This document shows positions 25,984 to 38,433 of a stretch of 64,000 nucleotides of DNA, one piece after another (position 1 is the stretch's first letter; each line of letters opens with the position of its first letter). A model generated the notes under the pieces. It ran no database searches, was not told the origin of the DNA, and was given only the letters and a program-made list of their open reading frames with translations. The translations under genes and the position numbers were made by a program. The stretch covers positions 1-64,000 of the forward strand of contig NIVC01001104.1 of the NCBI GenBank assembly GCA_002269645.1, read 5' to 3'. Source of the stretch: Macrostomum lignano. Taxonomy: Eukaryota.

Positions 25984-26127
25984 TCTCTTGAATTATTTTT
26001 CTACACAGACGATGCGCGGGGCTGGGACAGGGTTCAACTAATCGGGTGCGGTTGTCAAAGAAGTCTGAACATTTATGATCCAGAAAGGAGTTGCAGATGT
26101 AGCAATGGAATAGCGTCTCGTTGTTCT
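25984..26127 (-). CDS. crok: Ly6/uPAR crooked/quiver-like, exon 2
   Basis: NNETLFHCYICNSFLDHKCSDFFDNRTRLVEPCPSPAHRLCRKIIQE. Acceptor ttttAG at 26128 and donor GTGAGT at 25983, phase 1/1. Exons 2 and 3 together give the 10 LU-domain cysteines. Confidence 0.85.
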
Positions 26128-26526
26128 CTAAAATGAAATATTTACAAGTCTTTTTGTGATTATTTGTACTTTGCTTTATGAAAAATAACTTTGTTGGACA
26201 ACTGCCATATGAAGAGCTACCAAATATTCAAAACCCAAAGAGTTTGTTAGGTACATATAAAAGATATATATTTATCAAAATTTTAGCACATAATGATATA
26301 TCCTATATAGGACCAAATATCTGTTGTAAATAAAGTATATTTACTTTTAATACAACTTAAACTAGCTTAAGCAATGTAGATAAAATATTATTATAAGCTA
26401 TTAAAATTTAAAAGGCTTTTGGCAGTTATAAATGCTATAGCAGGGTATATTACAATTTGATTTGCAAGAAGGTTGATCATATCAGTTGGTCTTCCTTTAG
26501 CTCTTAAATCACACTTAGGTCTAAGG

Positions 26527-26750
26527 CAGGGGCCCCCAACCTATTGTTAACAGCGGGCTACATTATTCAAGATTAGCTAAGATGCATGGGCCACAAAAAA
26601 GTAAAGGGCTTCATTTTTTTTCAGCTTGCCTATGCACTATCACCAAGACCAAAAATGACTTGGCAGGTCACATGCAATGCAAAATTGAAAAGAGGGCCCA
26701 CAGAAGTGGATCCCAGAAATGGCCCACAGACTGCAGGTTGGAGAGCCCTA
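26527..26750. mobile_element. 224-bp hAT (Charlie/Buster-like) MITE
   Basis: Ends CAGGGGCCCCCAACCT and AGGTTGGAGAGCCCTA. Perfect 8-bp TSD GTCTAAGG (26519-26526 and 26751-26758). Confidence 0.88.
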
Positions 26751-29075
26751 GTCTAAGGACTTAGGATTGAATAACTAAGCAAGTTCTATCCTTATTGGAC
26801 CAAATACAAATAGTGTATTTTGTGGATAGATAAATCAGTTAATAGAAATGTCCAATTAAACATATTTAAAATCCACAACCTGAGAAATAATCAAATATCA
26901 AATTGCATAAAAACATGTTTCTTTTGCTCAAAGAATAAAATGGAATTATGTTAGGCTAACTAAGAAAATATGTTCTTATAATCCTTTTGAAACTACACAA
27001 TTTAGATTTAAGTTTGCCTAACAAGGTCAACATATTTTTTAAATTCCAATAAGGAGTTCCACTTTTAGCTTAATAACTAACACAACTATCTCCATTGGGG
27101 GTCAAATACCAATTCCATTTAATAGTTTTACCTTCTGCATAAATTCCTTACAAAGGAATATAATTCCAAAATACAGTCACAACTATCCCTTGGATCATTT
27201 AATATTCTGTTTGGTCAATTAAATTCTCATTGACTCAAGGATTCTCCTATTTAGTCAATAACTATTTCATTTTGTCTTAGGTTTCCCACTTAAACAGTTT
27301 TTTTACTTATTTGAAATCTCCCTTACAATGTCGAAGAATCCTCAAAATATATAGGAAATTCATATATTAGTCCATAAATCCCTCAAAAATTGATAAAGTG
27401 AAGACACCCTGTAAGGTCTTTAGCCATTTATATAGATGAAATGACCACCCAAAAGGTTGAGAATTTGTCACAATTCAAGCAATAATTTAAGATTTAGTAT
27501 AAGAAGTAAATGATAAAGAACAAGTTATTTTTGAAATCAACTTTGATAAACTATGCTGTCTATGCATAGGAAGTTAACATTTGAAACAATGAGAAAAATA
27601 TTCATAATGGATAGAAATGAATAATACTGTGCTTGATTAGCCTTTTAAAAATTTTCAATTCAATTCTACCAGGGTAGCTCTAAACAGGTTGGTACTTGTT
27701 ATGATAAATACAATTTACTTTACTTGCATTGGAATTCTGAATTTGCAAAGTCAAAGCTTGGCAATAAATAAACATACGAGTATGACATACACCTTCATAA
27801 GCACTTATATTTGCTCTTAATCAGAGGAACAAGAACCACAAACTATCACTCCATTTCGTAATTGAATGGCACATTTAGCCAGATTAATCTAGAACAACCC
27901 AAGGTCAAATAAAGTTGAACAAGCTCTTTTGATATGAGCAAAGTATTGATAAATATAGCCAATCAGACATCAAATCATTTGTTTGCAGGTAACTTATCTG
28001 ACATCCACAGAAGCTTCAATACAAGTTTTGTGGAAGAACTTATGTGTGACATACTAAAGACATACTAGGCAGGCAAGTGTATGCATATTAAAGAGGCAGT
28101 TGGGAGATAGGGACTTATACATTATTCTTATATTTTAATATATTTTGAAATTTTATCAAATGAAACAGATGTTGATTCAAATTTACAAGTTTATAGACAA
28201 ATATTTGCATTGAAAATTTTTGGAGTTTTGACTACTAGTAGATCACAACCTGAGTAGTACCACATTCTATAAAAATCATGTTCTAGTTCTCCATGTTCTA
28301 TAGATAATGCCAATACCAATGATAAATAAACTTCACAACCTTTTTTAGAAAGTGACATTTTCAGGACTTTATTACATCAAATTGAAACATTTCAATATAC
28401 TTGTCTAAATTTAGGTTTTTATATAGACTTTATTTATAATATGTATATCATTTATACTAAATATCTTCAATGAACAGTGTGAACTTTAAATAAGGTTTCT
28501 AGAAAGAAAAAAGTAAAACAAAATTCTTTTGTTTATATTTCTTTGCTATTTGTCTAAATTTGAAAACAATTTCTAATAAGAATTTTTTATCAAATGGTGC
28601 ATAGAAGTTAAAATAGAAATAAAATCTGAGCAAATTATAAATTAGAATTATAAACAAAATACTAAGAGCTAAGAATTTAAAATTTAGCTACTTGTTGACT
28701 TGGGAAGCCTCAGTTAGATATGCATTTTATTTCATTTTCAATTTTAGCTAGGCTCAATATAGCTCAATTTTAGTATATAGAAATCTTAGATCTTCAAAAA
28801 ATGTGCACTATATAGGTTTATAACAGCAAGAGAAAATATAAATTCAAAGCTTCTGCCTTAGCATCTTTAGAAAAATGATAAAATCCAAGCATTTAAAATG
28901 TATGGGTTGGAGAAATATTGTGCAACTCACTGCCTTGCATAGTAACATATAGGTTATGATACAACTCACATTTTTGGCAATCAATAAAAATCTCAGCCAG
29001 CTAAGAAAATATGACCTTTAAAAATAAGGCTAAAAATCCAAGCTTTTCATATATGCACAACTTTGGAAATTACCT

Positions 29076-29189
29076 GGCTGTTTCTATTTGTAACACACAT
29101 ATGTAAGTTGCTATTGGCTGAGAATAGTCACGTGACTACTGTTCTGTCCAATAGCGACTTACATGTGTGTGTTGCCAAAAGAAATGGCC
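29076..29189. other. ~114-bp imperfect palindrome centred on TCACGTGA
   Basis: Arms AACACACATATGTAAGTTGCTATTGG and CCAATAGCGACTTACATGTGTGTGTT, with pairing extending to GGCTG...TGGCC. Confidence 0.85.
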
Positions 29190-30543
29190 AAGTGAAAATG
29201 GCCAAGCAAGGTTGCACCCAAGCATGAAGCTTTTTTAACCTTTGATCTCTTTAAAAAAGAGCAATTCTCTTTTTAGTCAAGAGAACCATACCAATTTGCA
29301 AGAATTACTAATTGAATAGTGCAAGTTTCAAAAATAAATAGTAAGATAAATTATTGTAATATATAAATATACATAAAAATACTTAGACCAAGGGTAAATT
29401 ATAAATTTGAAAACCCTTTAAAAACTATTTACCTTTCGAATAATATTTGATTCAAACAAAATTAATTTATTGTTTTTAGGTCATTTGCAAAACTTGATTA
29501 TACTTTTAGTAAAAACTGAATTGTATAACCAATGTAATATATTCTCAATGAGAATTGAAAAAAATTTTTTTTGATTGGCTGATTTTGTTATATATTGTAT
29601 TTGGACCCCTTTCTTTGGTATGTCACAATTGGTTGGAGTGGATTGGTTGTATTAATGCTGTCTGGTATAGGACCCTAGGGCTTATGCCAAGCAGTCTAAA
29701 TATAATGAGAATTGCTGGCGGTAAGCAGGGGTACGCAACCTTGCAATTTAAAATAGACCTTCAAACAGAATACTGACTATCGAAAATTACCTACTTAGCT
29801 AATCACGCCACCTGCTTTTGATGAGTCATCCATACACTGAGTTGATCATTGCCAATAAGTTTATGTTTGAGTTACTATTTTCGGAATTGTACTGGACTTG
29901 GGAACAGTGTTTGGGAAGTTTAGGGACAGACTGTCAACACTTCTTGATGCAACCTCCACTCAGAACCAAAGCTCAGTCCAGCCAGCGGACTAAAGCAAAC
30001 TTGCGCTTGCCTGCTGGGAGTTCTCTTAATTTGATTAGACAGTCTAACACAATAATACTAATTAGCTAATTAGCTAACAAGGCATTCAGTCATTATAATA
30101 CCATTATAATTATTCTTGCCATTTACCCAAACATGTTAACTTTTTTGATCAAAAAGTAAATCATATTTATATATCCAATATTAAACATGTATAGTAAAAC
30201 AAAATTTTACTAGCTTCCTATAGGGCTAGAAATTTTTCAGTTTTTTGTAGTCAAATATGTTTATATTCCATTGCAATTACTACCTTTTGTTATATTCCTT
30301 TAATTTGCAATGGTTTTTAATTTTTTAGAAGCATATGTTTTTCCTATTTTTAGCTTTATTTTATAAATTTAATATAAAACTTGACCATTCTGGACTAACA
30401 AACAAACAAATATTAGAGATTTAGTATATTTAGATATATAAAGTTTATCCAAGTATAACTTTTGGACTTCTTGAACTTTGGGTAGATAAAATAGTTTCAG
30501 TTTTGATAAGCTTATACTTTTATCTTTTATAAAAAGATTATGA

Positions 30544-30608
30544 AGTTACGAAGTGGCAAACGGCAGTTACTGTTACCGAAGTGGACTGTTACCAACAATG
30601 ATAACGGA
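30544..30608 (+). repeat. 65-bp dispersed repeat, copy 1
   Basis: Identical to 37425-37489. Confidence 0.9.
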
Positions 30609-32599
30609 GTTTTCTCCATTGGAATAAGCTGACAAATTGTAGACACGTGTCTGTCGCATTTACAAAATTTTTCCATGTCGCGTCGCAGTGGAGTTTTCAG
30701 TGGGTGGGTCACGTTGCCATCGCGGAGTCCATGGTTTTGTTTGGTAGTGTTACAACACTATTGCAGTTGTCAGTCACCACAATTAATGAACATACAGTCA
30801 GAAACCGTATCCAGGTCTTCATTTTCTGGTTTTTGTTAATATAAGTGTCATTATGTCAAGAGATGAGCTTCTTGTATTTTTTTTTTATCCTCTTCTTATT
30901 TGTTTCAACTTACTTTTAAATTATTTACAATATAACATGTGAATAGATAATATTTGCTATTGCAGACTTGAAGTTACAGTTTCTTGTTCTCTAGTTTGAT
31001 TTTAACATTTTTTCACTAATGACAAACATTGAGAATTGAGTGAACTGAACTCAGATGAAGTGACTGCTAGGCCAGTTAATAGCCTACTATGAATTATGAA
31101 AAACAAGTAACAAGTAATACTTATTAGTTACAATGCGTGCACTGCTTTTTTAACTGCTGTACCTTTGTTGTTTTACTTTTATTGTTTTTTAATTTCATTT
31201 CTTTTTCTGCAAATTGAAAGGAATACTCTCATCCCTTGTTTTATGGTCTCGGTCTTGGAGTGAACTGCAGAACAGGAATTGTCAATTTAAGTGAATGCTC
31301 TCCCCCAGTTATTTGGTTAACAGACATTGGTGTTGCGTTGCCCCCTCTCTAGTCAACAAAATTTGGTGTCACGTTGCGCTTTTGAGGGCACAACTTTGGC
31401 ACCTGTGTTGGGCATCTGCAGGTTTTTGAAACTTATTCCAATAGAAGTTTTTGATGGTGCTGATTTCAAATTTGAACTTCATTCTTTTGTAGCTTAAAGC
31501 CAACCACAGGGGCATGGGGAATGGGGGGTTTTAGGGTGGGGAGAATAATAGAGAATGATTTTACATACCTAAACTTCAATAGAGGCATGGAGATTTATTG
31601 AAGATTAGGTAGATAAATTTGGAGGCTAAGGGGGTCCAGAAGGGGATTGTAATAAAGCTTAATTAAATTAAAAATTCAGCAAGTTATTAAACACTTCCAT
31701 TCTATGGAAAAAACTACAATTCTATCAAAACTACATGCAATAAATATTAGCAACTATACTTACCGTCAAAATGGAGAAGACAACATAGATGACAACCATG
31801 CTAGTGACAACCATGATAGAATGACAGCAAATCAAAAGCAAGAGGTGAGGGTAATGAAAACACTAATTTGATGTGGCACTTTTGCTATACTATAATAAAC
31901 TAGGTGAAAAAATTAAAATAGACACTCTTTATTACAGTTAAAATTCTAACCCTCTATATGTTCTTTTAAAATGATTTTGTTAAATTGTAGAACATATTTG
32001 GCAAAATCCAAAAACATGGGATAAAACAATAAAACAAATCTGCTGACATTTGATAGAAAGTAATGTATCTAAAAAAGGTTTTTGAAAGATATATAGGTCT
32101 TTAGTTCTAGATAAAAACTAGTTTTCATGCTTTATATTGTTGAATAAATAAGAAAAAACCACAAGAAAAGCATTTTAAAAGTCCGAGTTGACTGATTTGC
32201 ATTTTTTTGTTTCACTTTTTTTCATTATTAAACAATTAATTTTAAGACTTGTAGGCCTTAGAGAAGGCTAATTTTTTACTACTTACAAAACAGAATAAAT
32301 GTGTTTTACTTTTTATTCTATTCAAAAAGATGAAGTATTTCTAAGGATTTCAAAGTTTTTCTAAAACCACATAAACTCGCAAAAATTCATACTAATTTAA
32401 AGTTCAAAGTTTGCCAGCAAACATCTTTCTCTAAAAGTAAATATATTGTAATTCCTTGTTGCAAAATAATCTTTAAGTTGTTTTTTTTCATTTAAATATC
32501 AACTTGCATAGTATTAATATTTGTAATATGCCTATATTTAGACTTAAAAATTTTGGGTAAAAAATGGTACCACAAAATGTAAACCTGGCATCCAAATCA

Positions 32600-33110
32600 A
32601 ATGCATCCTATTTGCTTATTAAGCAACAAAGAACAATGAAATTACACTAAAACATGTATCACCGCAGCGTGTATGCAGGAAAAAAAAGAATTTTCCAAAT
32701 TGCTTTAGTAGAAGCTGAGTAAAATGCAATTTTCCAATCCTTATGGGAATTCCAATTTGTTACCTAGCTTCTAAATCAGATCAGATGCTTACTGTATGCT
32801 TATTAAGCGACAAAGAACAATGAAGTTACACTAAAATATGTATTATCACGGCGTGCATGCAAGAAAAAAATTTTTTTAAATTGCTTTGGTAGAAGCTAAG
32901 TAAAATGCAATTTTCCAATCCTTATAGGAATTCCAATGTGTTACCTGGCTTCTCAATAAGATGCTTACTGTATGCTTATTAAGTGACAAAGATTAATGAA
33001 ATTATACTAAAACATGTATCATCGTAGGGTGTATACAGGAAAAAAGTATTTCCCAAATTGCTTTAGTAGAAGCTGAGTAAAATGCAATTTTTCAATCCTT
33101 ATGGGAATTT
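32600..33110. repeat. Three tandem ~180-bp units
   Basis: TGCTTATTAAG anchors at 32613, 32797 and 32973, with shared downstream sequence (GAAGCTGAGTAAAATGCAATTTT). Confidence 0.9.
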
Positions 33111-33599
33111 GTATGTTTAAATAATAAACTTATGTTGAATTTAATTTATTGCAAATAAACTCTACAAAATACACATTGTCAAGAGTAACGAAAGTGATAA
33201 ACAAATAAACCTTTAAAAATATTGTTAAATGTGTCAGGATTGTGTGCATTCTGATAACTGATTCTACTTGTTATAGAATTATAGTATAACATTAAAAGAT
33301 AGTTAAAGTTAATAAAATACATTATTATAGCTTTTCTATCATTTTCATTAGTCATTTTAGGTCATAATTAAACTTACCATTTTAATAAATCATTTTATTA
33401 AAAATAAAGCTATACATAAATAATTGGTACTTTTATAGACTTTTTTCCTTTTAAAAACTTAAATAAATTTATTTTATAGCTTTATTGCTTTCAAATTGCC
33501 AAAAAATGAATTTTATAAAACTTGCCCTTGATTTTTGGATTTTGCCATTTATATTTGAAAGTCACGATTCTAAAAAGTTTAATTCTCAAACATACAATT

Positions 33600-35603
33600 C
33601 CATAGTTCGGAACACTCTGTATGTACCCCAGAAAAAAAACTACCATTTTTTTTGTGTACGCCGATGTACGCCATATATCTTTGTGACGTTGTCGTTTACA
33701 GTGCTTTTACTTGCTTTTACAGTGCTTTTGCTTTTACAGTGATACTTTACTGGACTAGTGATATTGATATTTAATTTTAAATTGTCAATGTTGAAAATGG
33801 AAAATAACTTTTTTATTTATTTGTGAGAACTATTAAAAAGTGACAGTTTTATATGTACAACAGTTTATTTATAAAATTTAAGTAAAATTTGTGCATTTTT
33901 TGTTAAAATTACAACTTCACCACAAGCAAAAAACACGGAAGTCAGTTCTGCATCAATTGTGAAATTTTACAGTAAATGCATAATGAACAACTTTGTAACT
34001 GTTATTGATTTCACTAGGTTACGAATTTTTTATTTTTTGGTGCATGTTACACACCAAATTATTAAACATGGTTAAACATGTACGCCAAAAGCCTTAGAAA
34101 ATTACTATTTGTACGCCAACATGTACGCCAAATTTCTTGACTGTACCCTGGAAATTTCCGGCGTACATGATGTGAATAACTTATGCCGCATGTTATTCCG
34201 TATGTTATTCCGCACGTAATTCCGCATGTTATTCCGTAAGTTATTCCGCACGTTATTCCGTACATTATTCCTCATGTTATTCCGTATGTTATTCCGCATG
34301 TTTTTCCGTACGTTATTCGGCACGTTATTCCGCACATTATTCCGCACGTTATTCAGCACATTATTCCGCACATTTTTCGCATGTTATTAGGCATTTTTCC
34401 ACAATGTTCTGTATAAAATTTACAAGTAATTTTTCCATTTGATAAATTTTAAATGTAAAGCAAAAGCCTAATGTACATGAGCTTGTCGTTATATTTTCCT
34501 GGATTACGCGAGTACATGTACATGGCATTCGTAAAATTATAATTGACTGCAACAGAGTACTGTAGTTGCAGAGTTGTAAGTTGAGTTACAGAGTTGCATG
34601 CACAGAGCTGGGGTCGCGGAGAGGTTGAGAAAAGAAGATAAAAGTGACTACTTATCAACATATATTAAATTACTGAAAGAATCACATCAAATATGTACAA
34701 GGTCACTACGGGACGCAAAATAAAGTGTTCTTTGATACTGAAAGAAGTTTACGCTTTAATAAGTATTATAAGTGCTAACACCAAATAAAGAACTAATGTG
34801 TAGTAAGTAAACCGTATTACTGCATTTAGCTAATTTAGCTTTTTTCAATTATATTTTATGCAGATCGTCATACTTATTAAAAACTATCTAAAACTTCACG
34901 TTTTTGACGTGGAAATCATGTATGGAACGCGTAAGTTAGACTAGGGGCCTTTTCATATGACCAATTCCATAACCAGAATCGGTTTGGAATTCCAAGAAAA
35001 ACAGCAGTATAACTATTAAACTCTGTTAATATTTGACTGCCTTAACAATCTCACTTAGCACAATTTTTCACTTTCTTCTTGGCGATTGTCATTTAATAAT
35101 AAAAACTTTATAGCACGTATCTCCCTCTAGTTATGGAGACTAAAAGTTATACTTCACAAATTGGTTCTGGTTCTAGAACCAGAACAAGCAATATGAAAAG
35201 ACCCTTGGTGGGAAATATGTTAAAAAAGTAGATGTGCGGACTATTGTGTGGAATAAAAATTTAGAATAGCGTGCAGAATAATTTATTCGGAATAATGTGC
35301 GGAATAATGTGTGGAATAAAATGCGGAATAACCTGCGGAATAACATGCAGAATAAAATTCGGAATAGAGTCCAGAATAATGTTCGGAATAATGTGCGGAA
35401 TAACGTGCGGAATAACATGCGGAATAACATGCGGAATAACATGCGTAATAACGTGCGGAATACCGTGTGGAACAACATGCGGACCATGCGGAATAACTAG
35501 CGGAACGTGCGGAATAACGTGCGGAATAACATGCGGAATAACATGTGTAATAACATGCAGTGTATGTTACACTCATGCGTACATGCCCTCTTCCGAACTA
35601 TGG
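33600..35603. mobile_element. 2.0-kb non-autonomous TIR element with inverted subterminal 12-bp arrays
   Basis: TIR CCATAGTTCGGAA ... TTCCGAACTATGG and perfect 8-bp TSD ATACAATT (33592-33599 and 35604-35611). TTATTCCGCATG repeats at ~34180-34380 mirror CGGAATAACATG repeats at ~35280-35560. Confidence 0.85.
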
Positions 35604-36105
35604 ATACAATTCTCTGAAACTACTTGCATAAAATTATTACTAATTATGTAGAGGATGCCTCTAAGACTCTAATGAAAGTTTCAGAAAAATTGGAAAATTA
35701 GAAGTATTTTATATACCTAAAGTTCAAGAAGTCCCCAGAATATACTAGTGTAATGTATGTCTAACCCCCTTTTGCTCTATTTGCTTTTTAGGCCAAACAT
35801 TTAAATATAATTGCTTTTATATACTGTAGGCAATTTCCATGGTAGACAAAAAATGTTCTTTCATAACCAGTGCATCCACGAGACCATGGACAAAATTTAG
35901 TCTAATTTTATTTATATTTATTATCAAAATTATTTTATTTATTGTTTTTTTATTATTTTTTTTATAAAAAGGCCCCTAAGCTTAAAATGCTTATTTACTC
36001 TTTAAAAGAAAAAAACAAACATGTTAAACTTTTTCTAAGAATTATAGACAAGAGCTACAAACATTTAAAAAAAACCTCCTGTCTTTATAGGCCTAATTAA
36101 TATAA

Positions 36106-36791
36106 GGCAGTGCTTATTTAGCCGGCACCGGTCGAATAAGTTCGCTACTATTTAGCCGGCACCGGTCAAATAAGCCCGTCACTATTTAGCCGGCAGTCCT
36201 GCCCCACTGCCGGTCAAATAAGCCCGTCACTATTTAGCCGGCAGTCCTGCCCCACTGCCGGTCAAATAAGCTCGTCACTATTTAGCCGGCAATAAACAAA
36301 TTTAATGCTACGATTCGTAGCAACTACGATATAAGGATATAAGGAACTACGATTCGTACGACAGAAACTAAAGTGTCTGTAGAAGTGTCTGAATAAGTGT
36401 CGGCGAATGTTTAATACGTCCTAGTTGTGGGCCCTGGCCATACTGTACATGTATACTGTCTGTAGCACACGAGAGGGCAAGGATCGCTTGGATGAATGGG
36501 TTATAGCTTATTAATTTGACCGGCAGTGGGGCAGGACTGCCAGCTAAATAGTGACGGGCTTATTTGACCGGCAGCAGGACTGGGGCAGGACTGCCGGCTA
36601 AATAGTGACGGGCTTATTTGACCGGCAGTGGGGCAGGACTGCCGGCTAAATAGTGACGGGCTTATTTGACCGGCAGTTGGGCAGGCCTGCCAGATAAATA
36701 GTGACGCGCTTATTTGACCGGCAATGGGGCAGGACTGCCGGCTAAATAGTGACGCGCTTATTTGACCGGTGCCGGCTAAATAAGCACTGCC
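36106..36791. mobile_element. 686-bp Mutator-like (MULE) non-autonomous element
   Basis: Long TIR GGCAGTGCTTATTTAGCCGGCACCGGTC..., perfect 9-bp TSD TTAATATAA (36097-36105 and 36792-36800), and inverted ~41-bp subterminal repeats. Confidence 0.88.
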
Positions 36792-36986
36792 TTAATATAA
36801 TTATATTATAAGTTTTTCTTTTCAAATTGTTAAGTTACAAAAAGAATAAGAAAATACAAAAAGCAATAAACTACTACTATCTATAGCCGATATAGGCAGG
36901 AATAAAATTAAGTATACTTTTATGTTTGGTTTTACGTCATTTAAAGTCATACACACAACACACTTACTGGCACCTGGAATACTTAC

Positions 36987-37092
36987 TTGCAATTGAATTG
37001 TCAGCATACAAAGCTTGTCCAATGCATAGTGTAGGCAAAATGCATAGGCTTACAACAAAAAATATAAAAGGATTTAGATTACATAAAGACAT
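36987..37092 (-). CDS. crok: Ly6/uPAR crooked/quiver-like, exon 1 (signal peptide)
   Basis: MSLCNLNPFIFFVVSLCILPTLCIGQALYADNSIA then a phase-1 donor A|GTAAGT at 36986, joining exon 2 as ...SIAKNNETLFHC. Full protein 167 aa. Confidence 0.7.
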
Positions 37093-37424
37093 GATTAAAG
37101 TATGCTTATTATTGATGTTATTTGCAAGGTAATGAATTCGGACGCGTCAAAATGTATGTCAACGCGTTTGGCTCTATTCGACTAGGCCTACGGAAGTAAA
37201 TTGATTTTATTTACACACTTTAAAATACAACGTATTACCTGTTATCGATGAAAAACAAAGTACACAAATTAAAACTTTAGTTCTGAATTTAAAACTTATT
37301 TTTTAACTGCAGAGAGTGTTTTAAACATTCAGACACAAAAACAAAGCAATTTTTTAAACGAAATTACTCTCCGTAATTGATTTCTAGCAAAACGCACGCC
37401 ACTGCACAGTGGCCAGTAAGTGGC

Positions 37425-37489
37425 AGTTACGAAGTGGCAAACGGCAGTTACTGTTACCGAAGTGGACTGTTACCAACAATGATAACGGA
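37425..37489 (+). repeat. 65-bp dispersed repeat, copy 2
   Basis: Identical to 30544-30608 and preceded by CACAGTGG at ~37405. Confidence 0.9.
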
Positions 37490-38261
37490 ACAATGTAGTC
37501 AATGTTTATAATGCATAATATTAATTAGATATGAGATAATGCTACCGAAGTGGATTGTATTCCATCCTAGATCCCAGTGCCAGGGGCTAGCCTGGCTAGG
37601 GCCTATCACAGCAGGAACTGAATATTTCTAAACTGGCTCTTTACCGAGTACCAATAAGCCTAAGGGGCTAGGGCTTAGGCCTACAAAGTACAAAGTTTGA
37701 TGTTTTGGTTACACGTCTAACAGTTATGTTCAAAAATTCTACTTTAGTGCCTAAGTAGTAGGCCCCTAGGCTCTAGTAAATTGCTACAAATTTAAGTTAG
37801 TCTAGGGCCTAGTCTATCAACTATATAATCTATGACAAGTCCTATGGTACAGCCTACACTAGCAATGTTTGCCATTTGATACCTCAGTATTCCATAGCAG
37901 ACAGTTCTTATTTAGAGGTTTTGCCTGGCCCTATTACTAGTAGTACTTAGATATGTTTTTGTATAAAGCCCTATATTCTAAGCCAAAAATATTGTCCAAA
38001 ATATCCTAGTTGTCAAAATACTAAATAGGCCAAATAGCAAAGTACATTAAATTATACATTTTTATGTTTTATTCCAAGCATTTATATAAATTTGTTTTTC
38101 TATTAGCCTTAGTTTTTATTTTTATTAGGCCTAGGCCTTATGCAAGGCATTTATGCTAGGCCTAGGGCTAATTTGAGACCCAATTTGCACTTAGGAATCA
38201 GGTAAAATGGCTCGCTTAATGAAAAGTAGATAAATAAAGGTCAATTACTCAATATCAACAT

Positions 38262-38433
38262 TAAGTATTAGTTATTTATTTGAGTTGCTAATGCATTTTG
38301 TCCAATATTGGACATCTTTAGGGTCAAAATTTATTTGATATGATGACACATATCTTAATGATAAATTTTGACCTTGAAGATGTCTAATATTGGACAAAAT
38401 GCTTTAACAACTCAAATAAATAACTAATACTTA
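38262..38433. mobile_element. AT-rich foldback/MITE-like inverted repeat
   Basis: About 75-bp arms TAAGTATTAGTTATTTATTTGAGTTG... and ...CAACTCAAATAAATAACTAATACTTA around a ~20-bp spacer. Confidence 0.65.

Noticed and set aside
31764-31862. Hydrophobic minus-strand segment ending in GTAAGT as the Ly6 signal-peptide exon
   Set aside because: It ends in phase 0 and needs a non-preferred acceptor. The 37092-36987 exon has its own ATG, a better signal peptide and the correct phase 1.
34943-35205. Nested MITE with GGGYCTTTTCATAT ends inside the 33600 element
   Set aside because: A 13/15 inverted match exists but there is no target-site duplication. It may be internal structure of the host element.
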